From: Phoronis australis | Lineage: Eukaryota; Animalia; Phoronida | Reading direction: 5' to 3' | Assembly (NCBI GenBank): GCA_002633005.1 | Contig: NMRA01000183.1 | Span: 504,028-565,493 of the forward strand | Length of the DNA: 61,466 nt | Part shown: positions 12,401 through 24,000 of the stretch, one piece after another | How positions within the stretch are numbered: the first letter of the stretch is position 1 | Layout of the letters: each line of letters opens with the position of its first letter | The notes under the pieces: model-generated | What the model saw: the letters and a program-made list of their open reading frames with translations, nothing else | The model's database searches: none | Told to the model about the DNA's origin: nothing | Position numbers and translations under genes: made by a program

Positions 12401-14838
12401 GGGTGGACGCAAAAAACAGACTTGAAAACAGTAAAAATGACCACTAGGTGGCGCAATCTACGATGAACCCATCCGAAAATGGCAGGACAGCGTCACCTCA
12501 CTAATAGGTGTCTATATACCAAATTTTATGAAAATCCGTGTAGGACTTTTGAAGATACAGAGGTAAACGTAAACAACTAAAACTGCCACTAGGGGGCACA
12601 CCGGTAAACGGATCAGTTCGAAAGCTCGCTCATGCCTTTCAATGCATGAAAGGAACACATGTGCAAAATTTCATGAACATACGTCAAGGCGTTTTGGAGA
12701 TAAAGCAGCGGACGCCGGACAGACGGACGCTGGATGGAGATGACGGCATAATGCGTCCACACATAAATATGTGGGCGCATAAAAATCTATTTTTCTTTAG
12801 GTAGATTTACAAACAATTCAACTGCTTAGGCTCAATGGTGAATTTGCACGCTCCTAACTATGCTAATGCATAGCAGGAACTAAACGACAATGCTGTTTGA
12901 ACATAATCTACTCAGTAATTGTATTCATTGGCAACTTGTACATGTGAAAACAAAAAAATCTGCAAATAGGTGACCTTTGAACTAATGACGTACCTCGCGG
13001 GGTCACATAGCCTGCATCATGTAGTGTTATTCCCCAACACTACGTCACGATACTTACTAAACAATTACCACCATCTCTAGCTGGACCAGAAACGATGAAG
13101 CTCCTATAGGTGCTTCATACACGGAAACCTTTTCAGCGAATTATGCCTCACACTGATTAAAATTTCAAAGTCACATTGTTTTAAGTATCGTCTGCACAAA
13201 GAGGGACACCTTAGGAGGCCATCGATGTCATTAATTCCTTCCAACTCGAACAAACACCCCTGCAATCAAAATTTTTCTTCAAGCTTTAGTTGCTAAAATC
13301 GGTAACTGGCCATTTTCAAACTATGTGCACCAGGACATATGACGTTATTCCACCTGGCGAGTGCAGTGTTAAAAATGGCCAGTTGCCAATTTGAGCAACT
13401 GAACAATGGACTACTTAAAGAAAAAGTTTGATTACGGGAGTGTTTGTTTGGGTTGAAAGGAAGACATCGACGGCCCCCAAATTGTCCCTCTATGCACAAA
13501 AGGGACCTATACCACCATGAAATTTGAATCAGTATGAGGCACAATTCGTTGGAAATTGTGAGGCATTCGCCAAAAAGCTTCCGGTATATGAAGCGCCTAT
13601 AGGAGCTTCACTGTCTATACTGCCAGCTAGGGACGGTGGTCACTGTCTAAGCCTTACTAGACAAGGTTGGTCAGTGACTTGACAATGGAATTGTTGCTCA
13701 ACTCTCGGGCCAACGCCAGTATGTTTGATACCCCTCGGCATCAGCAAGTGGAATTTTTAACCTCCAAGTTTAGGAAACCCATCAGAGCCCGTAACGAAGG
13801 CAAGGAAACAAAAAATCGTGTCGTGTCCGTAACCAGTAAAAGTAAAAAGGCCAGTCACTGCTCTCCCAGTCCCACCTAGGCATTGCCCTGGATGCCGCAG
13901 GCATACAGGGGCCATAGTACATCCCCACAAAAAAGTTACTCGTTTCAAAATACAGGAAATAAAATCAAATGAAACATACATATATGCACATGGAGTTACA
14001 AACAACTCATACCATAAGTCTCGAAACGATTCAGTCAAGATAATTTGAACAAATCGATGAAAATCTGTCACAGTTTGCTCGAGTTAGTCTTACCGGGTGC
14101 CATTTTGAAGAAGTACGTGAAATCACATAAGTTGACGAAAACAAGTCCAAGGGACACAAATCTTACAACTTTCACCTGATATCTTCTCATGCTATTTTGC
14201 AAGTATCACGCGCTAGTGTCACGCCCTTCGCTCAGTCTCGCACTATAGCCTTTGCCTAACTCACGTACGTGACTCAGTTAATTGACTACTTTGTGGTTAT
14301 CGCGTGCGGTGAAAAAGTTAATGGCAACTAAAACAGTGGAGTTGGAATTCTTCGCCAAAGTCACCTTAATTCTAACAACTAAGCTTCATCGAAGATACGT
14401 ATAGAAGTAGAAAGGACCAATGAAGAAAGTAAGTGCTTTTTAAGTGATATATTTTCAGTGTGGAAACTATTTTTGACGAGGTGAAAATTCAAAATCGGTG
14501 GCCGCATTTGGCCTACCGCCCGTTTAAAATACATGGAACGAAATGAGAACAGAAAGCGATGGGAAGTATTGTAGCCACTAACCGGCCAACCGAGGGGCTA
14601 CGTGTTGCCTAAGTCCCACCGCCACCGGGCCTGCGAAACGATTTTTTTCCTTCCACCAATCACTCCGTATTTCACGTGCTGAACTAACATATATGTGGTA
14701 AAGTTTCAATACAAATGTACATAACTGCGTGGTCGCTGTTTATCACAAGAATACCTTTGAGAGAACCCGGTCGAATCCTTGAGACTTTGACACATGGTCG
14801 AGCGCTTTTGACAAAAACTTCATCACATTTGTCGCCAT
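9484..14838 (-). CDS. ACOT13: Acyl-CoA thioesterase 13 (THEM2, hotdog-fold thioesterase), 3 coding exons, 142 aa
   Basis: Exons (minus): 14838-14755, 10997-10813, 9643-9484; GT-AG introns; 429 nt. Translation: MATNVMKFLSKALDHVSKSQGFDRVLSK|VKVVEGKPGHCVCEMKVEEDHLNLGGTLHGGLTSTLIDSISTIALMSNEGAPPGVSVDLNVT|FMKAAKAGDTIVIDSSTVKLGKTLAFLSVDVLNKETGDVLVHGRHTKYVAQR*. Motifs CEMKVEE, N..GTLHGG...L.D, PGVSVD.N and GRHTK match human ACOT13 as recalled. Confidence 0.95.
9913..10144 (+). mobile_element. tRNA-derived SINE-like copy with a 21-bp tandem tail
   Basis: Shares GTGTCC.CTTCCTTTACTCA...TCACTAGCTCCTCAG.TTGGTTTTAA...AGTGCAATGGG.CCA.AT with 41512-41755. Ends in (ATTGACCTGTATACACCTGGT)x3 at 10081-10144. 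Confidence 0.55.
11669..12785 (+). mobile_element. Non-autonomous Helentron-associated (HINE/DINE-like) element with internal ~150-bp subunits and a 452-bp higher-order duplication
   Basis: 5' AACAAGAGC...TGTGCCCAC; GGAC-type microsatellite at ~12709-12745; 3' hairpin ATGCGTCCACA...TGTGGGCGCAT (12751-12780) followed by AAAAA. The sub-terminal IR (TGTGCCCAC vs GTGGGCGCA) fits this class. Block ~11900-12155 is repeated 452 bp downstream. Confidence 0.7.
13058..13649. mobile_element. Long-TIR foldback MITE (hAT-like) nested in another repeat
   Basis: Imperfect inverted arms of ~230 bp, e.g. TGAAGCTCCTATAGGTGCTTCATA vs TATGAAGCGCCTATAGGAGCTTCA. TIR start TA(A/G)ACA. Degenerate 8-bp TSD ATACTTAC (13050-13057) / AGCCTTAC (13650-13657). 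Confidence 0.75.
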
Positions 14839-15046
14839 TTTGAAATATCCGCGTCTGCAGCGTAAAACTCACGTGATCGGTCATGTGCTCAGAACAAAAT
14901 CGGTGTTCTTGCCTTGACTCATATCAGCAATGGCGTTTTATAAACCACGTGATCTAGTATATACCTTCGATTGACAGGATTTCTTATCAGCTGTTGAGAG
15001 GTCAAGTCCGTGATAGTATAAAGGTGGCCTTACTGCTGTGGGAAGA
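14839..15046. promoter_or_regulatory. Putative bidirectional promoter between divergent ACOT13 and ENOSF1
   Basis: 208 bp between the two ATGs; locally CpG-rich. Contains TCACGTGA (14869-14876), GTCATGTG (14880-14887), CACGTGA (14946-14952) and TATAAA (15017-15022). A YY1-like CGCCATTTTG overlaps the ACOT13 ATG (14833-14842). Confidence 0.65.
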
Positions 15047-18000
15047 ATGAAGAAACATGACGACACAAAGATCGTGGACTGGAATGTGCAAGACATTCGG
15101 TTTCCAACGTCTTTGGAACAGCATGGATCCGATGCCATGGTGTTTGCTCTTTTAGTTTACCGTTGTTTGCAATCGTCGGCAGCACTAGTGCCATGGTCCG
15201 GAGCAGTCCCTGTGCATCGATATAGCCATAGGGAAAATCAGGCACATACTGAATGCACAGCTCGGTATTCAGTGGATGAATCTGGTTTTCTAAATCAGAT
15301 ATTGGCTCATTCCGCATATATAGTTAGGAACTTATTCCGCGCACTCCCATCAACATTTCACATTATGCCATAATACTAATAGGGGTTGGGGGAGGGGGGG
15401 GGNGGGGTTATGCAAAACTACTTAACTACATGATGTTGGGGTGATTTTCACGTCACGCTGATGTGCTGCAGGACGAGTTTCCCCGACTGTGCAGATCAGG
15501 GAACTCTGTTTAAGTGCAGCTGTGTCACATCAGCTTGACATTGTACAACCTATGATGACATTTCAAAAATTTCTGCTAGAGCTGTCACGTACACAAGTTT
15601 GGAGTAAAATCTCACCAATATTGGACTAAATTGCCAAATCATCTGTTTTGCATTTAAAAGATTCCTAACATTATCGTGATCGACAATTTTTCAAAACAAA
15701 ATGGAAAAGCATTTGATTTGGTTCATTCTGTCATGTTGCATGGAAAATTCGATAAAGTAAAATTTCAGTCAGTTGTGATGACTGTCCTAAATAAATTTGG
15801 GAATAGTTAATGTATTAAATGCCTTTATTACACTCATCTCAGAAACCAACAACCCACCATGAGCTGAGTAATGCTTAACAAAAGTTCATAATAGAAATGG
15901 GTTTCTGATGCCTAGATGAGTGTCAAATAGATCAGTAGGTGGCCTGAAGTTTCTTAAGGTGAATATATTGCTGCATCCTGTTGGCATTGTGATATGACAT
16001 GAGCCCAGTAATACAGGGGTAACTTTATAACCTTTGTAGTGACAACTCATGTCACATATAGGCTTTGAATTTCATTAGTTTATTATTCTTCTAATGACAT
16101 GTTGCACAATAATAGTATTTTTGGGAGGTGTGCAGTAAGGTATTCATGTGTATTAAATTCCTTGTTAGTGCTCTTTGAATGGTACATGTAGATGAATAAC
16201 TGTCTAGCCGAGATGCTTGTTTGCTGGATCATATTAATAACAAGATTGATATCGAGATTTGGAAAACCCTGTTCCTCTTGTTTGTACTTTACGCTAAATG
16301 AGAGATATTTCATTTTGTAATTTAGCCTAATGTGATATTTTTGATAAGTTAACTGTGTGTTGTAGCACAAGGACCCTGACTATTCTGCTGCCTATGTCAT
16401 CTTGAACACAGATGGAGACCACCATGGACATGGACTGGCATTTACGCTTGGGAAGGGCACAGAAATAGGTAAATGAAGTAAGCATGCACTTTGGAGATGA
16501 TCCCCTATTTGTGCATCCGTGTTAATGTGCTGTCTGTTCAGACTCGTCGCTTGATGGGTGATTTCACTTGTGAAGATTTGCCAAATGTCTGATCTGTCTT
16601 CTTATGGTGTTGCCAAAATCACTGAGACAACAGATTTTTCTTCTTGTACTACCTCAAATAAGGCGAAAGATCTGCCTTCTGATCAACTGCATACGATGCC
16701 TGTTCATCTGGTAGTGACGTGATTTGTAGTTAGACTGTGCCCACCCATTTTGATCACATGACTGCATGACAGCGTTCTGTCATTCAGCAACTTTTCCAGA
16801 CGTGAGGGCCTGAATGTGTGATAACATCTGGCTCTTTTGTTAACTGCCCAGCACAGTCTTTTGTCACGTATGACAGCAAGCAGGCCAAAGGGTTACTCTG
16901 AAACCTGGCAGGATGGGTATTGTCTTAAACTTCTGTTGTAAGTGGGCGATTTTGGTGATTCAAAAGCTAAACATGATCAGCATTTGACAAGGAATTCAGA
17001 AATGTTATTGATTTATGTTCAAATATGTTATAACCTAACTTTCACTTTTAATAGCACAGCCCAGTCAGTCTAGATACAATCTGATCCGAGATTAGAGCAA
17101 TTATCGAACAAAAGTGCAGCCCTCCAACCATAAGTGCTAGAATGGAGTTAATCAGTCATGTAAGATATTGGCTACAGGGGTGATCTTCCCAACTTGTTGT
17201 TGGGATACAGAATTGAACAAGTTGGGAGCAATGGGAAAACACCGTAATGTGGGCAGAATTTAAGCATTTAGCATATTAAAATTATGCTAAGCAAGCAGAA
17301 GAGACACCTTTGTGAATATCCAACAAGCCTTTGACGTGCTGACCTATTTGCATTCTTCCCAAAAAGATCAGAATGGCTATAAAGTTGCCTTCTATCACAA
17401 AAAACTTTTGACTAATAGACCACTTAGCATATGAATTTGGTCTCAAATTGCTCCATAATCAAGTTAGACATGATTTCAGGACTTGGTTATTGCTTGAGAC
17501 CTAAGTCATTGCAACTTGGCTTTCTTAACGTCACGTCGTGTCACGTCGATGCGCTGAACATGGTGTTGAGGAGTAACCAACTCTCAGTTATTTTGAACCC
17601 AGAAATCACTTCTCATTTGAGTTACCATAGACTCAAGTTTGAAACCAATTTCATAGCAGCACCAGTAAGTGGTCTAAATTAGAAAGTTTTCTTCTTTGAC
17701 AGATCATTGTTTATAGGTGCTTTAATATATCCTTTGTATGTTCTCAAGCCATGACAACTGTTTTAGTGTGAGCTACACTGTTCTAGGAGTGATGCAGAAG
17801 TTGCCTCTCTTTCACAGTTCAGACCACTCACGGAAGTTGTAGAAATTTAGTATGGTCTCCATATCCTATACATCATTCAAGATTATCAGTTGCATTATGG
17901 GTTGTAGACTGAGTTTTGTTCATCTTGATTTCTCTTTTTCAGTGTCTCATGTTATCAGAAAACTAGCTCGCTATGTGGTAGGACATGAGCTCAAAGAAAT

Positions 18001-21000
18001 TTATGAAGACTTCAGTGGCTTTTGGAAGAAACTCACAAATGACACGCAGATGAGATGGGTAGTTATATGTGTTCTCTTAAACTGCCTCGTGCTATGCCAA
18101 TGTAAAGTGTCCTTAGTTTGTTAATACGAGGAGTTTGTGTTCATGCTGTCAGTAGTTCAAAACATCTCTGAAATTAGGGGAAGTTAAATGCTTAAATATA
18201 TAGTTCAGATAAATGTTCCTACTTCCGTTTCCAACTAATTTCAGCTTTCCTACCCCTGTGCCAATTTACATTAAGTTTCGAAACTGGACAAGGTCAAACT
18301 TCGGTGAAGTTTTGATTCACAAAACTGCTACTACATGATTGTGAATATCCATATCTCTTTGACTACTGAACAAAATGTTGCAACTTGATCTAAATATCGA
18401 CAAAACTTCGTCAACTTTGTTATGCACATCTGTGCATTTGGCAAAAATGTCACAGTTTGCTTTGTGAGTTATTAGTTGCTAACTGGCCATTAAGCAAATC
18501 TTCCGCTAAAAAGATTTGCCTGCAAAAGGACGAGAAAGCAAGCACTGTTTACCCCAGAGCATCCAGCAAAGTCCTTGGCACATCAAAGGCTTGATAGCAC
18601 CGTTAGGGATTTAAGTGAAATGATAGCTATTAATGGGCTTGGATGAGATACTTGCGGTCAGAAACCAACATGCCTGAGTAGCCACGTATTGCGGCTTGAA
18701 GCTAGAAGACGGATTAGTCAATGGCTGGCTCAGGCCCGAGGTGTTGGGGGAACAAAACCCCAAATGTTAGCGTCAGATTTGTCTCATGCACAATAACGTC
18801 ATGTTCAACTCTAACTATGTTTGACAAATTAATATTCTTTTATATTTTGTCACAGAACTGCCAAATAATTCTGTCTGTCTTGTTTGTCTTGAAAACTACT
18901 GTTGTAGAGCTGATATAACGTTGAGCTTATAATGAGGTCTGCCATTTGTAGCTTGGACCTGAAAAAGGAGTCATGCATCTTGCTACTGCAGCCATTGTTA
19001 ATGCATTGTGGGATTTATGGGCGAAAATAGAGGAGAAGCCACTGTGGAAATTACTGGTGGATATGGAACCTGAGACATTGGTGTCGACTATTGATTTCAC
19101 CTATATGTAAGTCATAAGGAGGACGATAGTCTTAAAGGCTGTGAATTTGATTTAGGCATGTAGGTGCTGAAAACAGAGTACTTGTGGGTTAATAATGCTC
19201 TACTCTATTTAAGGCCTACCTTGAAGGCTGTCACACACGCATTTAGTTGCTACAATGTTTTGATTATCACCTGAGCACAGCTCCTGTTGTAAATCACCTG
19301 AGGCCAGGCTTATTGACGTACTTTTGTCTCCATCTCTGCAGGAATCCTTCAATACAACTACTTTTAATTAATTATTTTTCTTTTTTTCTGTGTTGTCGAG
19401 TTAACACAATGTGGCACCAAAACGCTACCTTATAGATCATATGACATTCCTACAGTTGACTGATCAGATCTAAGATCCTAGAAAAAGGTCGAAATTTGCG
19501 GATCTTCGGAACATCATATCTCAGAAATGGCTGATGGAATTCAAATGAAACTTTCAGATAATAATGCTTGAAATGCACCTTTCTCCAAAACGTGTTGGGA
19601 ATGGTTTTTAAAATGTTCCACTTTTTCATGAGAGGCTATAAAATAATGGTACTTTTATGATTTTTATATGAAAACTCACAAGTTGCATAAAGCAAAAACA
19701 AAATTTTGATTTAAAAAACTTACATTATGTCTGAGATTTCATCATAAACATTTACATCAAAGGAAGTTTGGTCAATGTTATTTATACCATATTGTTCTGC
19801 TATGAACTTACCTTTCAAGATCTCATAAACACTTGTCTGTCTGTTACAGTTTTCTGAAGTATCTTTTCATTTATGCAACTATTGAAATACTATTTTTGAT
19901 TGCCCCTTATAAAAAAATGGAACATTCTAATACCAGTTCCTTTCAGCATTTTGGGGAAGATTGCATAAAGCATAAAATCTGAAGGTTTCAGACAAAAGGG
20001 TCCGCCGTTTCTAATATAAAATGTTCCACATTTTGCCAAATTTGAACATATTTCTAGGGTGCCGCATGACCTTAAGCATTCCCACTTAAAGCGGCTACCA
20101 TCTTTTTTTTGATTTTAGAACAGACGCCTTGACTAAAGATGAAGCACTGGGTATGTAATTACCATGGCAACCATTTCCATTTTCAGTAATTTCAATTATC
20201 ATCTTATCATTTAACGAAATAATTTTCAATATTTTTTTTGTTTCGCATTTTAGTTCTTTAGAGTCGGTCTCCACACCTGAAAATCATGTATGAACGTCAA
20301 TTTCTGTACCCAGTTACCTGCTTAAGGCAATTTACTTTATATGCGCCCACAAAAAATTGTGGTATTGCACATAATTAAACTCCTGTCTGTCTTGTGTGAA
20401 TGCTTCTCAAAACTTGCATAACGTAATGATGAACTTTGACACGGAGTTACATGGCATGGATGCAGCTGCACCAAATAATTTTTTTTGACTAATGTAGCAC
20501 CCCCTGTTGGCTATTTTAGTCTTCAAAAAAAATTCTCATCGGTTAATTTTTGAGCAAGTGCCTGAACAACTTCTGTGTTCACTGGAACATTAATGTACAT
20601 GTGCCAGCACCAGCCGTTCTTCCGAAGGAGTCAGCCACACTAGCACCTCTTGTTGGCAATGGATTTCATATTCGCTTGACAAATTTTGATTAAGCTTGAT
20701 TGCCATTAGGGTTTATGGCTAACAGATGCACCAGCTCTGTACTACATGTACGTAGTCCTAGCAGTGACTGGATGGATCTAATCTATTCTGGCACATGATT
20801 GGTCATAAAAATGATGTCAAGTAAGCTAACAATGTGGCACGTCCTTCCAACAATCGCACTGATGATTCCCTCTATACAATGATTATCTACCCCTTTAGTT
20901 TCACCTCAATGTCCGGTTGGTAACACCTTTAAACCCACTTTGTATAGTTCTGAGTTAGTTTGTAGTAAAAGCACATTCATAGGTGTAAACCCAAGACTGT

Positions 21001-24000
21001 TCAGTGATGGTATCATTACGTTCCCACGCTGTCAGGTGAGTTTCCCAATTTTGCTGATCGGGTACTTGGGTTACAGCCATGTTGTTATCAGTTTGACATT
21101 GATAACACGGGGAGAAAGTTGTCATACCAGTGTTTACATAGTCCAGCTCTATCATTGTGTGCGTTCATCTGATAAGGTCACGTAATTCAGCAATTATTGT
21201 TGTAAACAGCGCGCCTGGCACTAACCGTTCTTAAAAAATACTATTTCCAAATGACATTCACCAAATGTGAAGAAATTATGAAATTTTGAAATACTATCAC
21301 CAAAAAATTGAAAAGAGTAAAACGATTGTCCATCAGAAAAAAAATAGGCTTACTTTCAACTGCTGATTCCCGTGGGCAACTGTTAAGCTGACTGAACCGC
21401 TCACTATCACAGCATTGCTTTAGCATCACATTATGTGTGTTTGTCAACTTTAATCAAATGTGATTCTAGGCCAGATCATGATCTTGGAAATGTCCAGGAG
21501 AATGGTACATATTGTTATGGCTAGGAAATTTATAATCATTCATTATGTGCAGGATATTGCTATTTTTAAATGCGAAAGTGATGACACATATCAGCCTTGT
21601 CATTTTATTTGACTTTCAGAATAAGGAAGTCAATCAAGAATGACTTCATTTTTAGCTTAAAGCTGACTGTGTACTGGGGGCTAGAAGGAAGCTATGTCAG
21701 CACATATCAATTACCAGGCAGATCGTTCTACCACCCTCTATTGGCCATAAGTTCCTGACAATATATTGCTTGTCGCCCATTGAATATCGTCAGAGTTTTT
21801 GATGGACCTTGACAGCGATGAATGGCTAGGATGCACCAGCACCAGTCGATTTTCAGTTCAAATGATATTTTGGTGGCCAAAATGAGGCTGATTGTATTAA
21901 ATGAAACTAATGAACACCCTGAGAATCATACCGTTTGTGGTGCAGTCGTGGGTGCATTTCACCATCGTGTTGCCCTTGTTCTTTCGTTAAATGATTTGTG
22001 GACATTCTGATACAATTTTGATGTTTACTCTTAGATATCCTAAAATCGAAGCTTCAAGGAAAACAGAGCAGAGAAAAAGAGATGTTACAGACAGGTATGC
22101 CAGCATACACAACCTCAATGGGTTGGCTAGGCTACAGCGATGACCGCATTAAGCAGGTGACTACATGTGCTGTCTATATCCAATTTATTTTAGAATCCAA
22201 TCTGCAGGTACAAGTTCTGTCCAGTTTGCTAACTACCTTTGAATGAAAAAGATCCATTTTACGAATAGTGTAACAGTTATACTCTGTCATGGTTGATGTT
22301 ACAATGAACAAACTAGAATAATTATGTTATTCTTCATAATAGCAAAGCATGTGCAATTTAATACAAGTGAATGGTGCCACAAAACCAAGAACCTGGTAAA
22401 CCATCAAGTTTTTGCTCGGAACATGATTGACATAAAGTAAATTCAGTTGTTTCAATGACTACAGAGCATCTGAACTTAACCAATTTTGCTCTGTGTATAT
22501 CAGTGTGTTATAAGAGTGATCAGTTGTATAGTTTCTTGTACCAATTAAAATTAAACCTTCACTTTTTAGTTGTGCCAGCAAGCTCTGAATGATGGCTTTA
22601 CTCAGTGAGTATCCTGCATCTGAACATTTTCACGTCTAAGAACTTCAGTCTTGCCATAATCAAAATCAGTCAGGTCTAATTCTCCATCTGCTGTGAGTTA
22701 CAACAAGAATTTGCCTTGTTTCATAGAAGTTGTGACCAAAACCTAGAAGATAATAGGTGATAAATAATAGTTTAAAATCATTTTGAAAATTAGCTGCATG
22801 TTTTTTCTTATGAGTTGCTCATTTTTGATGTTAGGAAGTTGCCAAGTGGGAACCTCCACTAACGGTTTAATTGATTTATTCTGTTTTAATTTGTCTCAAA
22901 ATTGTGGCCACCAATAAGTTTGGACATTAAAATAGTCGATAGCCGTCAATTCTGACTATTGGCCAATCTTCAATGTTGTGAGGGGAAGCCCAACCACAAT
23001 TCCACATAAAAAATGTTTGTAACGTTTTTGTGGTGACCAGATGGTTGGTGGTGTTGGTGCTGCCCCCCTCCCTAAATCCACCTTATGCTAAAATTGTGAC
23101 AGGTGCACTTGAGCTTTAAGTTTTTAAGCTATATTATCCAACACGACTGATGTTAATAACTCTAGTCAGCCTACTTACTTACTACATGACTGGCATGGTG
23201 CTAATAATTCAAGTCGGCTAGGAATAGCAGTATTATACTGCCATTTTACAACCAGTTTCTTTTGTTACACAAAAATACGAGTTTTATAATTCAAGGTTCA
23301 AGATGAAGATCGGCGCTGACTTAGAAGACGATAGGCGTCGGGCTCGTGATATACGGGAACAAATTGGATATGACAAGAATTTGGTATTTTTTGTTTTGTG
23401 TATTGGGTTGTGATGCAGCATTGAAAATAATGCTTTAAACTAAAATGACACTTCCTGTGCATAAATGTTAAATGGTATTGTCCATGGTATAATTGTCATT
23501 GTTAGTTATGGTATTGTCATTCATTTGTTAGTTATTGCCCGAGTTGATGTTGTCACGTTTTTAAGTTTATCGTGGTATGCTTGCTCAATTCTTATTAAAT
23601 CTGTCGCACTTTTTTGTGAAAGAGTAATGCTGCAATATTCTCTTTTGTTTCAAAATCAAGTCTCAGTTTGAAATACCGAAAATCTTTCTCTTGTTTTTTC
23701 AAGCAATCAAAATATCTGCCCAAAGTTTCTAATGCACTCCATCTAATCTTTTAAAATGAAATTTTGTTTTGAACTGGCGTTCATTGTAACCTCAAGAATA
23801 TTTGGCCTGTACTTGCGCAGCTTTTTCAACTTCCTGACATTTTATTTCATGAACTTCTAATGCTGCATTAATCATTATACCTTAATGCTTAAGCTGTATG
23901 ACTTTGAATGATAAATGCCAGTAACACATTTCTTAGGAAATCATGTCTTGTCAATTTCTAAATCTAATAATTCTTAGATGATGGATGCAAACCAGAGGTG

